From NCBI GenBank assembly GCA_944384535.1, contig CALWTS010000005.1:73870-137869 (forward strand): 64,000 nucleotides of DNA, given 5' to 3'. The notes beneath the pieces are model-generated. The model was not told the DNA's origin and ran no database searches. It was given only the letters and a program-made list of their open reading frames with translations. Of the stretch, positions 28,278-37,908 are shown piece after piece. This stretch comes from an uncultured Clostridia bacterium. GTDB taxonomy: Bacteria > Bacillota > Clostridia > Christensenellales > UBA1242. Each line of letters starts with the position of its first letter. The stretch's first letter is position 1. The position numbers and the translations under genes were made by a program.

Positions 28278-29942
28278 TTATTCTTTTTTACAATTATTTA
28301 ACATTTCTTTTACTTGAGATAATGATGTTTGAGTTATATCTTTTCCTACTATCATCTTCGCAATTTGAACTGGAATTTGGCTTTCAAGAACCTTTTCTAC
28401 ATAGGTAATTGTTTCATTCTCTATTTCTTTTTTAAATACATGATAAAAATCATCACCAAAACACGCAACTTGAGGTAAATGAGTTATACAAATTACTTGT
28501 GCGAAATTTGTTATTTTTTTTAATTTTTCTCCAACGATCTTTCCTGTTTCTCCACTAATACCAGCATCAATTTCATCAAACATTATCGTATCAGCACTAC
28601 CATTTTCTGCAAAAATATTTTTAATTGCAAGCATAAATCTACTTAATTCCCCGCCTGAAGCTGTTTTATTTAATGATTTGACCTCTTGTCCTTTATTTGC
28701 TGAAAAAACAAATTCAACATTATCTATTCCATTTTCTGTAAAATTATCTAATTTGGAAAATTTAATCTCAAACTTACTTGATTTCATGCCTAATTGTGAT
28801 AATTCATTAATAATTTTATTTTCAATATCTTTAGCTATTGACTTTCTAACAATGGTTAATTTATCACTTAGCTCGGTTAATTTTGTAATAATTTCTGTTT
28901 TTTCTTTTTCTAATCTATTTATAATAATATCAAAATCTTCTAACACATCTAACTTTTTCTTTGCATCTTCTAAATAATTAAAACAATTTTCAATACTATT
29001 TCCATATTTTTTCATGAGCGATTTAATTAAATCGTTTCGTCTATCTAACCTATCATATTCATTTTGGTCAAAATCTGTTTTATTTTTGACATCTTTTAGA
29101 GTTTCAAACACATCTTCTATTTCAAATCTGGCGCTATCTAATCTTTCTTTACATTTTAATAAATCGTTAAAATAATTTAATGAAGATAATGTTTGGGAAG
29201 CTTGTTGTAATTGAGAAACACATGAAAATGAATTATCATATAATAAATTCTCACAAATGGTAATTGCTTCATATATTTTTTCTGCATTATTCAAAAACTT
29301 TAATCTTTCTTGTATAATGATATCTTCCCCTATTTTTAAATCAGCATTTTTGAGCTCTTTAATTTGAAATTCTAGCAAAGATTTATTTCTTTCTCTATCT
29401 TCTTCAGAATTTCCAAATTTTGATATTTCATTAATAACTTCACAATATTTTTTGAATTGATCTTTTATAGCAAATTTAAGATTATTAACTTTTTCAGCAC
29501 CAAATTTATCTAACATTATTAAATGATTTTTTGCTTTTAAAAGATCCATATTCTCATGTTGAGAATAACTATCAACCAACACTTTACCAACTTCTTTTAA
29601 AAGAGTTAGAGGAATTGGTAGTCCATTAATTCTAATACTTGATTTTCCGTCTATTGTTAAAGTTCTAGATAATAGTAATTCAGAGTCTTCAAATCCTAAA
29701 TTTTTTAAGGCCTCTAAAGAATTGTCTTTTAAATTGCCAAAAAACGCATCAACTCTCATTGATTCTTCGCCGCTACGTATAAGATTTCTATCAGCTTTTG
29801 TACCTAATACAAAATTTAAAGAATCAAATAATATACTTTTTCCTGCACCTGTCTCTCCTAAAATAATATTAAATCCAGAAGAGAAGTCTATTTTTAGATC
29901 TTTAATCAAAGCAACATTTTTAATTGATAATGATTGTAACAT
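28278..29942 (-). CDS. recN: DNA repair protein RecN
   Basis: MLQSLSIKNVALIKDLKIDFSSGFNIILGETGAGKSIL, and C-terminal ASGGELSRFMLAIK...MFDEIDAGISG. Confidence 0.97.
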   Translation of the reverse strand: MLQSLSIKNVALIKDLKIDFSSGFNIILGETGAGKSILFDSLNFVLGTKADRNLIRSGEESMRVDAFFGNLKDNSLEALKNLGFEDSELLLSRTLTIDGKSSIRINGLPIPLTLLKEVGKVLVDSYSQHENMDLLKAKNHLIMLDKFGAEKVNNLKFAIKDQFKKYCEVINEISKFGNSEEDRERNKSLLEFQIKELKNADLKIGEDIIIQERLKFLNNAEKIYEAITICENLLYDNSFSCVSQLQQASQTLSSLNYFNDLLKCKERLDSARFEIEDVFETLKDVKNKTDFDQNEYDRLDRRNDLIKSLMKKYGNSIENCFNYLEDAKKKLDVLEDFDIIINRLEKEKTEIITKLTELSDKLTIVRKSIAKDIENKIINELSQLGMKSSKFEIKFSKLDNFTENGIDNVEFVFSANKGQEVKSLNKTASGGELSRFMLAIKNIFAENGSADTIMFDEIDAGISGETGKIVGEKLKKITNFAQVICITHLPQVACFGDDFYHVFKKEIENETITYVEKVLESQIPVQIAKMIVGKDITQTSLSQVKEMLNNCKKE

Positions 29943-29953
29943 TTATTCCCCTT

Positions 29954-30406
29954 TTAATTTAACATATCATTTAAAGTAATAACTGCTTGACTTGCAATTG
30001 TTGTTGAAGGAAATATTAACATCACTGTATCATCTCCATTAACAGCGCCCATTAATTCATTTATATTTAACTTATCCACAAAACTAGCAACACCAGCTCC
30101 CAAGCCTTTCATTGTTTTTATAACAATTAAATTCATTGCAGGTTTTACAGAGATTACAGATTCTTTAAAAATAGAAATGTATTTATTGGAAATAGCTTGA
30201 TCCTCAGAGCCTACAAAACAATACTTATATTTCCCAGAACTAGACAAAATTTTAGTAAGACCAAGTTCCTTAATATCACGAGAAATTGTAGCTTGAGTTA
30301 TATCAAAATTTGCATTTTTCAATTCTCTTGCTAATTCATCTTGTGTTTCAATTTCTTTAATTGAAATAAGTTCTAGTATTTTTGATTGTCGTGCACTCCT
30401 TGCCAT
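29954..30406 (-). CDS. argR: Arginine repressor
   Basis: RQSKILELISIKEIETQDELARELKNANFDITQATISRDIKELGL and C-terminal GAVNGDDTVMLI. Confidence 0.95.
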   Translation of the reverse strand: MARSARQSKILELISIKEIETQDELARELKNANFDITQATISRDIKELGLTKILSSSGKYKYCFVGSEDQAISNKYISIFKESVISVKPAMNLIVIKTMKGLGAGVASFVDKLNINELMGAVNGDDTVMLIFPSTTIASQAVITLNDMLN

Positions 30407-30627
30407 AATTTTCTCCTTGATAGCTATTTCCTTTTATTTATAAGGGTTATAGCGATTTTGAATAATTATAAATTTATATATATTCAGCAGTTTTTGATTA
30501 TTATACAACATTTTTTATAATTATGCAAGTGTTTTTTGTATATTTATACAGTCATTTTTTATACATATTAATTTTATTGAAATTTTATAAATTGGTCATT
30601 TATTTTTATAAATCTTTATTTATACAA

Positions 30628-30659
30628 AATAAAAAAGAGACAATTTATTAATTGCCTCT
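30628..30659 (-). terminator. Intrinsic terminator after thiI
   Basis: On the - strand: AGAGGCAAT-TAATAA-ATTGTCTCT (one G-U pair) followed by TTTTTTATTTT. Confidence 0.7.
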
Positions 30660-30664
30660 TCTTT

Positions 30665-31819
30665 TTAATTTAAGATTATAATTTCTTCATTTTTTAAACA
30701 GTCTAAAACCAACTCTTCAAGATTTAGTTTTTTCTCCTCTTTTTCACACCTTTCTAGAGAAGGTTTTATTATTGGGTTTTTAGGAAGAAAAACTGTACAA
30801 CAATCTTCATAAGGAAGTATAGAAATATCATAAGTATCAATTTCATTAGAAACTTTTATAATATCTTCCTTATCCATAGCTATACAAGGACGTAAAATTG
30901 GAATATGTTTTAAAACATTTCCAGTTACCATCATGCTTTCAATAGTTTGACTTGCCACCTGCCCTAAACTCTCACCAGTAATCACAGCTTGTAAAGAGTT
31001 TTGTTCAGCAATTTGTTCCGCAATTCTCATCATTATTCTACGCATAATAGTAATCATATATTCTGACAAACAATTTTTATGAATTTCTTCTTGAACTTTG
31101 GTAAACGATACAATATGTAACTTTATCTCACCTAAATAACTTGTAAGCCTTTTTGCCAACTGAATAACTTTATCTTTAGCCTGTTCAGATGTATAAGGGT
31201 AACTATGAAAATGTATTGCCTCAATTTTCATACCTCTTTTTCCAATTAAGTATCCTGCCACAGGACTATCGATCCCTCCTGACAACAGGAGCAAACCTTT
31301 TCCTGATGTGCCTAAAGGTAATCCACCTTGACATTTTATGTTATTTGTAAAAATATAAGATTTACCATTCATTCTTATGTCAATATGAATTTCTACTTGA
31401 GGATTATATAAATCTACTTTTGATGAACTATTCTTCTTTAAAAGTTTCTCTCCTAATTCACTAGCAAACACCATGGAAGATTTATTAAAATTTTTATCCG
31501 CTCTTTTAACAAAAACTTTAAAACTTTTGTTTGCTACGTTGATTTTTAAAACCTCTTTTACTATATCTTCTTCTATTGAATCAACTTCTTCTGCAATGGA
31601 TAAACTATGTAAACCAAATACATTTTTTAGCTTTTTGATTATTTCAAACTCTTCTGATTGTGAATAATTTGAAATAATATATCTCCCAAAAGTTTTTTCA
31701 AATTTATATGTAAAACTTTTTAAACTAAATTTAATATTTTCTATTAGTTTGTTTTCAAAAATATAACGATTATTTCCTTTCAAGTATAATTCTCCAAAAC
31801 GCAATAGAATACTTTTCAT
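30665..31819 (-). CDS. thiI: tRNA 4-thiouridine(8) synthase ThiI (no rhodanese domain)
   Basis: THUMP-like N-terminus and PP-loop LLLSGGIDSPVAGY. 384 aa. Confidence 0.93.
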   Translation of the reverse strand: MKSILLRFGELYLKGNNRYIFENKLIENIKFSLKSFTYKFEKTFGRYIISNYSQSEEFEIIKKLKNVFGLHSLSIAEEVDSIEEDIVKEVLKINVANKSFKVFVKRADKNFNKSSMVFASELGEKLLKKNSSSKVDLYNPQVEIHIDIRMNGKSYIFTNNIKCQGGLPLGTSGKGLLLLSGGIDSPVAGYLIGKRGMKIEAIHFHSYPYTSEQAKDKVIQLAKRLTSYLGEIKLHIVSFTKVQEEIHKNCLSEYMITIMRRIMMRIAEQIAEQNSLQAVITGESLGQVASQTIESMMVTGNVLKHIPILRPCIAMDKEDIIKVSNEIDTYDISILPYEDCCTVFLPKNPIIKPSLERCEKEEKKLNLEELVLDCLKNEEIIILN

Positions 31820-32934
31820 TTCACCCTCTCAAACAGATTCCTATATGTTTTTAAAATTATTTTTGCTGCATCTTCAATATCTTTTTCTTCTTGATATGCA
31901 TTAAAAGAAACTCTTATATGAGTTTTAATTTTTTCAATTGATTCTCCCATACTTTCTAATATTCTATTTCCAGCTTTTTTGCTTGAACAGGCACTACCTA
32001 TTCCTACTAAAACCCCATTAGATTGCAATTCCCTCATTAATGTTTCGCCATTAACACCTTTAAAACTCAAACTTAAAATATAAGGACTTTCATTATCATA
32101 AAATTTAATATTATTATCTTTTGATATAATATCAAGAAAAGACTTTTTCAATATTTTAACTTTTTTATAATTATTTTCTACATCAATTTTTTTAAGTACA
32201 TACCCCATGGACATTATTGCTGGAACATTTTCTGTTCCAGAACGTATACCAAACTCTTGTCCTCCTCCAAAAGTAATATTTCTTAATAAATTCATGTTTT
32301 TAATATATAAAGCCCCGACACCTTTAGGTCCATGAAACTTATGTGCAGAAATTGTATATAAATCAATATCTACATTATTTAAATTTACAGGAATTTTACA
32401 AAAAGCTTGCACGCCATCAACATGCAATAGTGCATTTTGAGCAAAAGTTTTTCTTAATTTTTCTATTTTAATTACATCATTAACTGCTCCAGTTTCATTA
32501 TTAACATGAATTGTGGAAATTAATCTAGTTCTATCATTTAATACACCTTTTAATTTATCATAATCCACTTGCCCATTTTCTTGTAATTTTACGAAATGCA
32601 CTACATTACCTTGTTTTTCTAATTCTTTGGCAACATTATAAACGCTAGGATGTTCTCCTTGAGTAAACACATATTCCCAACTTCCACTCTTTTTACTTCC
32701 TAAAATAGCCAAATTATTACTTTCAGTTGCCCCACTTGTAAAAATAATATTTCCATTTTTAGCATTTAATTTTTTTAATATATCGTTTTTTATCTCATCC
32801 AATTCTTTTTTAATAGCAAAACCTTCAGAATATACGGCTGATGGATTATAAAAATTATTTACAGCATATTTTTTATAAATTTCTAAAGCATCTAAAAACA
32901 TAGGTGTAGTCGCTGCATTATCTAAATAAATCAT
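31816..32934 (-). CDS. Cysteine desulfurase (NifS/IscS family, ThiI partner)
   Basis: IYLDNAATTP, SGATESNN and SAHKFHGPKGVGALY (PLP lysine). Overlaps both pheT and thiI by 4 nt. Confidence 0.9.
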   Translation of the reverse strand: MIYLDNAATTPMFLDALEIYKKYAVNNFYNPSAVYSEGFAIKKELDEIKNDILKKLNAKNGNIIFTSGATESNNLAILGSKKSGSWEYVFTQGEHPSVYNVAKELEKQGNVVHFVKLQENGQVDYDKLKGVLNDRTRLISTIHVNNETGAVNDVIKIEKLRKTFAQNALLHVDGVQAFCKIPVNLNNVDIDLYTISAHKFHGPKGVGALYIKNMNLLRNITFGGGQEFGIRSGTENVPAIMSMGYVLKKIDVENNYKKVKILKKSFLDIISKDNNIKFYDNESPYILSLSFKGVNGETLMRELQSNGVLVGIGSACSSKKAGNRILESMGESIEKIKTHIRVSFNAYQEEKDIEDAAKIILKTYRNLFERVK

Positions 32935-35330
32935 CTTAAAACCGCTCCAAATTTATAATTTAAGGATTTTAAAACTTTTTTGATTACCAATCCAATATCC
33001 TCTTCTGTTAATGTTTTTGTTAAATCTGATAATTTAATATTAAATGCTAAACTTTTTTTATTTTCACCAATAGTAGAATTTCTATAAATATCAAACAATT
33101 TAACTTCATAAAACAATTTTCCACAAGCTGATTTTATAGAATCTATCATATCTCCAACTTTAACATCTTCATTAACAACAACAGCCAAATCTCTTTCTAC
33201 TATTGGATATTTTGAGATACTATTTACAATGTATTTTTTTTCAGGTAAGCTCGCTAAGATAGCTGTATTTAATTCTGCATAATAAACATCTCCAGAAATA
33301 TTATAATTCTGTAAAACTAGAGGATGAATTTTTCCAAAACTTCCAATCTTAATATCATTAATAAAGATATCAGCAGAAATACCAGGATGCAAAAATTTTT
33401 CTTTTGATCTTTCTAATCTATATACACATGAAGTTTTAATTAAAAGATTTTCTACTACCCCTTTTAAATTAAAGAAATCAAAATTTTCACCATAAACAAC
33501 GATACCCATCATATCTTGTTCAATAGGTAACTCTTTGTTCATATCTTTGTTTTTATAAAAGATTTTACCACATTCAAAAAGTTTTAAATCCTTATTTCCA
33601 ACGCTTAAATTATAAGAAACATTGGTTAATAAAGAGTGCGCTAAAGATGATCTTAGGCAAGAGAGATCTTCACTTATAGGATTTGCTATCCTTACAAGAT
33701 TTTTTCGTTCATCATTTAACAATAACTTGGCGGACATATTAGAATCAACTAATGAATATGAAATATTTTCATAAAATCCTTTTTCAACTAAAGAATACCT
33801 AAATTTTCTTTCAAGATATAATCTTGGATGATATGTTCCCTCTGTATTTGCAGCATTTTTGAAAAGTTTATAGTTGATTTTTTCATAAATATCATAACCA
33901 TATAACCTAATAATTTCTTCAGCTAAATCATTATTATTTTCAATATCTTCTCTGAAAGGAGGAACAATACAAATAAGCTGTTTTCCTTGGATTTTTGTTT
34001 CTATACCTAGACTGTTTAGAATTCTTATCATATCTTCTGTGGGAATTTCTACTCCTAAAATTTCATTAATTTTTTCAATTGAGCCAACCACTTTTTTGCT
34101 TTCATTTTTAACTGATGCAATATCAATAATTCCCCTAACAACTTTCCCGCATTTTAATTTAGAAACTAAATGCAGAGCTCTTGCTATTCCAATTTCAGAA
34201 TTTGCAACATTAACTCCTTTTTCATATCTAGCTGAAGAATCAGTTCTAACCCCTAATCTTCTACTTGTTATTCGTATTGATTTTAAATCAAATACAGCTG
34301 ATTCTAAAATACAAACCTTTGTATTGTTATTAATACACGAATTTGTTCCACCTATAACCCCAGCAATTACCATAGGTTTTTCACTGTCAGCAATTACCAT
34401 AATGTTTTCATCTAAATTATACGTATTATGATTTAATACTTCAATGCTTTCACTTTTATTTGCTTGTCTAACAATAATTTGTTTTCCATTAATAAATGAT
34501 TGATCAAAAGCATGTAAAGGTTGCCCTAATTCAATTAAAACATAATTAGTTATGTCAACCAATGTATTTATTGGTTTTATTCCAACAGCATTTAATCTAG
34601 CCCTTAACCACAAAGGAGATTTTTCGATTTTAATATCAGTGATTGCTGCAGCCATATATCTATAGCAGTTTTTTGTTTTAACTTCAACATTTACGTAATC
34701 TCTTACACTATCTTTAGCGTAAACATCAATATCATAATTCAAATTAATCTTTTTTAATTGAGTCCCATATAATGCACAAATTTCTCTAGCTATACCTATT
34801 ACACTCATACAATCAGCTCTATTAGGGGTTATTCCTATATCGAAAATAACATCGTTTAAAAGCAACTCTTCTTCAACTAACCGTCCAACTTTAGCACTTT
34901 TAGGAAGGATAAGAATCCCATAAACACCTGCTCCTTCAATATAATTTTCATCAATTCCTAATTCTTCACCGGAACAAAACATGCCTACAGATTCTACTCC
35001 TCGCATTTTTGATTTTTGTATTTTAACACCATTAACTAAATCAGCTCCAGGTAGACTAACAGGCACCAAAGCACCCTCAAATATATTAGTAGCTGAAGTT
35101 ATTATTTGAACAATTTCTTTCCCAATATCAACTTGACAAACAAGTAAACGATCTGCTTGTGGATGTTTTTCTATTTTTATTATTTTACCCACAACAACAT
35201 CATGTAAGTGTTTATTTTGATAAATTATTTCTTCAACCTCCATTCCAGCTGAAGTTAATTTCTGAGCAACTTCTTCTGGTGAAGCAGTTATTCCAGTGAG
35301 CTCTTTTAACCAATTATACGTAACCTTCAT
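32931..35330 (-). CDS. pheT: Phenylalanine--tRNA ligase beta subunit
   Basis: MKVTYNWLKEL..., tRNA-binding domain, B3/4 and B5 domains. 799 aa. Confidence 0.97.
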   Translation of the reverse strand: MKVTYNWLKELTGITASPEEVAQKLTSAGMEVEEIIYQNKHLHDVVVGKIIKIEKHPQADRLLVCQVDIGKEIVQIITSATNIFEGALVPVSLPGADLVNGVKIQKSKMRGVESVGMFCSGEELGIDENYIEGAGVYGILILPKSAKVGRLVEEELLLNDVIFDIGITPNRADCMSVIGIAREICALYGTQLKKINLNYDIDVYAKDSVRDYVNVEVKTKNCYRYMAAAITDIKIEKSPLWLRARLNAVGIKPINTLVDITNYVLIELGQPLHAFDQSFINGKQIIVRQANKSESIEVLNHNTYNLDENIMVIADSEKPMVIAGVIGGTNSCINNNTKVCILESAVFDLKSIRITSRRLGVRTDSSARYEKGVNVANSEIGIARALHLVSKLKCGKVVRGIIDIASVKNESKKVVGSIEKINEILGVEIPTEDMIRILNSLGIETKIQGKQLICIVPPFREDIENNNDLAEEIIRLYGYDIYEKINYKLFKNAANTEGTYHPRLYLERKFRYSLVEKGFYENISYSLVDSNMSAKLLLNDERKNLVRIANPISEDLSCLRSSLAHSLLTNVSYNLSVGNKDLKLFECGKIFYKNKDMNKELPIEQDMMGIVVYGENFDFFNLKGVVENLLIKTSCVYRLERSKEKFLHPGISADIFINDIKIGSFGKIHPLVLQNYNISGDVYYAELNTAILASLPEKKYIVNSISKYPIVERDLAVVVNEDVKVGDMIDSIKSACGKLFYEVKLFDIYRNSTIGENKKSLAFNIKLSDLTKTLTEEDIGLVIKKVLKSLNYKFGAVLR

Positions 35331-35365
35331 ATTTTCTCCTTCAAATCTATTTTTTAAATCTTTAA

Positions 35366-36388
35366 TTATTGCATTTGTTTTAGAAATCTAATATCATTTT
35401 TGTATAAGTATTTAATGTTATTAATGCTATTTAAAATCATTGCAGTTCTATCAAGACCAAAACCAAAAGCAAAACCACTATATTTTTTACTATCTATACC
35501 TGAAATTTCTAATACTTTAGGGTTAACTATTCCAGCACCTAATAATTCCAACATTCCTATTCCTTTGCATATTGAACACCCTTTACCATGGCAATTAGGA
35601 CAAGAAACATCAACTTCAATACTTGGCTCAGTAAAAGGAAAAAATGATGGTCTAAAACGAATTATTGTCTCATCACCATATAAACGTTTCATGATAATTG
35701 TTAACATAGTTTTTAGATCTGCCATAGATATTTTCTCATCAACAACAAGTCCTTCTAACTGATGAAAAATAGGACTATGTGTAGAATCACTCTCGTTTCT
35801 ATATGTTTTACCTGGACAAATAATTTTAAAAGGTGGTTTTCTTTTTTCCATTTCTCTAGCTTGAACTGCTGAAGTTTGAGACCTTAACAATGTATTTTCT
35901 GTAATAAAAAATGTATCTTGCATATCTCTAGAAGGATGATTTTTAGGGATATTCATAGCTTCAAAATTATAATAATCTGTTTCAACTTCAGGTCCTTCTA
36001 CAACTGAAAATCCTAAACTAACACAAATATCAATAAGTTTATCGGTAACACTTGCAATTGGGTGGATAGCTCCTAATTCGTTGTTTTTAGAAGGCTCAGT
36101 AATATCAACCTTTTCTTTTTCTAATTTATCATTCAATTCTTTTTCTTTGAAATATTTTTCTTTTTCACTTATTTTATCTTCTAATTCTTTTCTAATTTCG
36201 TTGATTATTGCTCCAATAACAGGTTTTTCATCAACAGGAACATCTCTCATAGCTTTTGAAAATGTTGTCAATAACCCTGTTTTACCAAAAATTTTAATTT
36301 TAAGTTCATTTAATTGTTTAATATCATAAACTCCTTCTAACTCTTTTTTTGAATCATTACTAAGTTTTAACAAATCTTCTTTTATCAT
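35366..36388 (-). CDS. pheS: Phenylalanine--tRNA ligase alpha subunit
   Basis: HPSRDMQDTFF, PGKTYRNE, FFPFTEPS and GFAFGFGLDR. Confidence 0.97.
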   Translation of the reverse strand: MIKEDLLKLSNDSKKELEGVYDIKQLNELKIKIFGKTGLLTTFSKAMRDVPVDEKPVIGAIINEIRKELEDKISEKEKYFKEKELNDKLEKEKVDITEPSKNNELGAIHPIASVTDKLIDICVSLGFSVVEGPEVETDYYNFEAMNIPKNHPSRDMQDTFFITENTLLRSQTSAVQAREMEKRKPPFKIICPGKTYRNESDSTHSPIFHQLEGLVVDEKISMADLKTMLTIIMKRLYGDETIIRFRPSFFPFTEPSIEVDVSCPNCHGKGCSICKGIGMLELLGAGIVNPKVLEISGIDSKKYSGFAFGFGLDRTAMILNSINNIKYLYKNDIRFLKQMQ

Positions 36389-36405
36389 TTATTCCTCCTT
36401 AAAAT

Positions 36406-36657
36406 AAAAAAAATTCTCTTTCATATAGGACGAAAGAGAACTCCTCGTGGTACCACCTATTTTTAGTAGTTTAACTACCCTTAATAATCCATTAACGCTG
36501 GCAACGGCAAAAACTACTTGTTTTATTAACGTTCATAATTGCAGCTAGGAAGTGAATTCAAAAGACCGATTTTTATTTGTTTTTCAGCACTAGAACAAAC
36601 TCTCTGTAAATTCTAAATCTTTTTACTACTCTTTCATTATCGCTTTTTTTATTAAAC
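36406..36657 (-). promoter_or_regulatory. T-box riboswitch leader (Phe specifier UUC) controlling pheST
   Basis: On the - strand: AGAGAG and GUGCUGAAA stem I elements. Specifier-like GAA-UUC-A (UUC maps to + 36554-36556). T-box sequence AAAUAGGUGGUACCACGAGG. Terminator UUCUCUUUC...GAAAGAGAA followed by U8. Confidence 0.9.
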
Positions 36658-36663
36658 AAAAAG

Positions 36664-36693
36664 ATTATATAATTTTATTTATAAAAAAGTCAA
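36664..36693 (-). promoter_or_regulatory. Sigma-A type promoter of the pheST T-box leader
   Basis: On the - strand: TTGACT, 18-nt spacer, TATAAT. Confidence 0.65.
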
Positions 36694-36760
36694 GTATATT
36701 TAATAAAAAGATTGATTTTAGAAGTAGCAATACTTAAAATATAAGAAAGGAAATTAAAAG

Positions 36761-37633
36761 ATGAATTACAAAACATATTTAATAAAAGAGCAGTATAAAA
36801 GTGTTTATTATTTTTTAAAAAACAATGGTTTTTCAGAAAATTATATAAAAAATTTACGTAAAAAAATGGGTTACATAAAGATAAATGGATGTAACTCAAA
36901 TATCAAAAATTCACTTAATAAAAATGATATTTTAGAAATTGAATCATCTCCAAATTTAAAAACAAGTATTATGCATTGCATAATACCACTAGATGTTGTA
37001 TATGAGGATGAAGATTACTTACTAATCTATAAAGATAGTGGAATTTCTTGTATGCCTACAAAATCACATTATAATAGCAACATTTCAGGAGCTATATGTT
37101 ATTACATGAACCAAAAAGATAATAATTTTGTATTAAGAGTTATAAATAGACTAGATAAAGACACTGCAGGTTTTATAATGATTGCAAAAAACAGTATAGC
37201 CCAAAAAGAATTAAAAATTTTTAATAAAACTTATACAGCTGTTTGCGAAGGTATTATCAAAAGAAAAAAAATAATTTCAAAAAAAATAGAAACTATTAAA
37301 ATTAATGGCATAAATCAATTAAAAAGAATCATTTCCCCTACAGGTAAAGATGCAACAACTTTTGTTACTCCATTGTCTGTAAATTTAGAAAAAAATTTAT
37401 CATTACTGAAAATTGAAATTGATCATGGTAGAACACATCAAATAAGATTACATATGTCTTATATAGGAAATCCACTATTGGGTGATGAAATATATGGTAC
37501 TAAAAGCAATTATTTATCACATACAGCATTATATTGTAATAAAGTTTCATTTTATCACCCTTTCAAAAATATATACCTTGAGTTTGAACATAGTTATGAA
37601 AACGATTTTTTAGAAATTTTAAAATTCTTTTAA
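36761..37633 (+). CDS. RluA-family pseudouridine synthase
   Basis: S4-like N-terminus, NRLDKDTAGFIMIAKN (catalytic Asp) and GRTHQIRLHM. Confidence 0.9.
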   Translation: MNYKTYLIKEQYKSVYYFLKNNGFSENYIKNLRKKMGYIKINGCNSNIKNSLNKNDILEIESSPNLKTSIMHCIIPLDVVYEDEDYLLIYKDSGISCMPTKSHYNSNISGAICYYMNQKDNNFVLRVINRLDKDTAGFIMIAKNSIAQKELKIFNKTYTAVCEGIIKRKKIISKKIETIKINGINQLKRIISPTGKDATTFVTPLSVNLEKNLSLLKIEIDHGRTHQIRLHMSYIGNPLLGDEIYGTKSNYLSHTALYCNKVSFYHPFKNIYLEFEHSYENDFLEILKFF

Positions 37634-37665
37634 AATTAATATCTTTAAATTTTGATTTGATAAGA

Positions 37666-37703
37666 TATAAAAACAAAAATCTTCTTAAAATATTAAGAAG
37701 ATT
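37666..37703 (-). terminator. Intrinsic terminator downstream of tRNA-Leu
   Basis: 11-bp stem AATCTTCTTAA / TTAAGAAGATT with a 4-nt loop, and TTTTTGTTTTT on the - strand. Confidence 0.75.
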
Positions 37704-37735
37704 TAAATACCAAAGTGCACTTAACAACAAAAATA

Positions 37736-37817
37736 TGGTGCGGGCGGTGGGAGTCGAACCCACACTCTTTCGAACTTGCCCCTTAAACAAGCGCGTCTGC
37801 CATTCCGCCACGCCCGC
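37736..37817 (-). tRNA. tRNA-Leu; best manual fold gives anticodon AAG (A34); CCA encoded
   Basis: On the - strand: GCGGGCG-TG-GCGGAATGGCAGACGCG-CTTGT-TTAAGGG-GCAAG-TTCGAAAGAGT-GTGGGTTCGACTCCCAC-CGCCCGC-ACCA. Long variable arm and Leu-type D-arm. The anticodon maps to + 37782-37784. Confidence 0.9.
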
Positions 37818-37834
37818 AAAATCGTTACTCTCTT

Positions 37835-37863
37835 ATTATATAAATTATATAAATAAAAGTCAA
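37835..37863 (-). promoter_or_regulatory. Sigma-A type promoter of tRNA-Leu
   Basis: On the - strand: TTGACT, 17-nt spacer, TATAAT, located 17 nt upstream of the tRNA 5' end. Confidence 0.7.
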
Positions 37864-37908
37864 GCATTTTTAAAATATTAAAAAAAAATAGAAGTATAAT
37901 CTTCTATT

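Noticed and set aside
34039-34431. 130-aa + strand ORF. Similar antisense ORFs occur at 43392-43853, 52433-52891, 59718-60131 and 63209-63619
   Set aside because: All are antisense to long, well-supported genes (pheT, the GT-like gene, pnp, recJ, dnaG). They are S/I/L/F/P/T-rich shadow ORFs without RBS.
36690-36899. 69-aa - strand ORF
   Set aside because: It spans the pheST promoter and the 5' end of the rluA-like gene in antisense. It has no RBS.
37563-37881. Two ORFs (82 aa on the - strand, 74 aa on the + strand)
   Set aside because: Both run through the tRNA-Leu gene, its promoter and its terminator. The tRNA explains the region.
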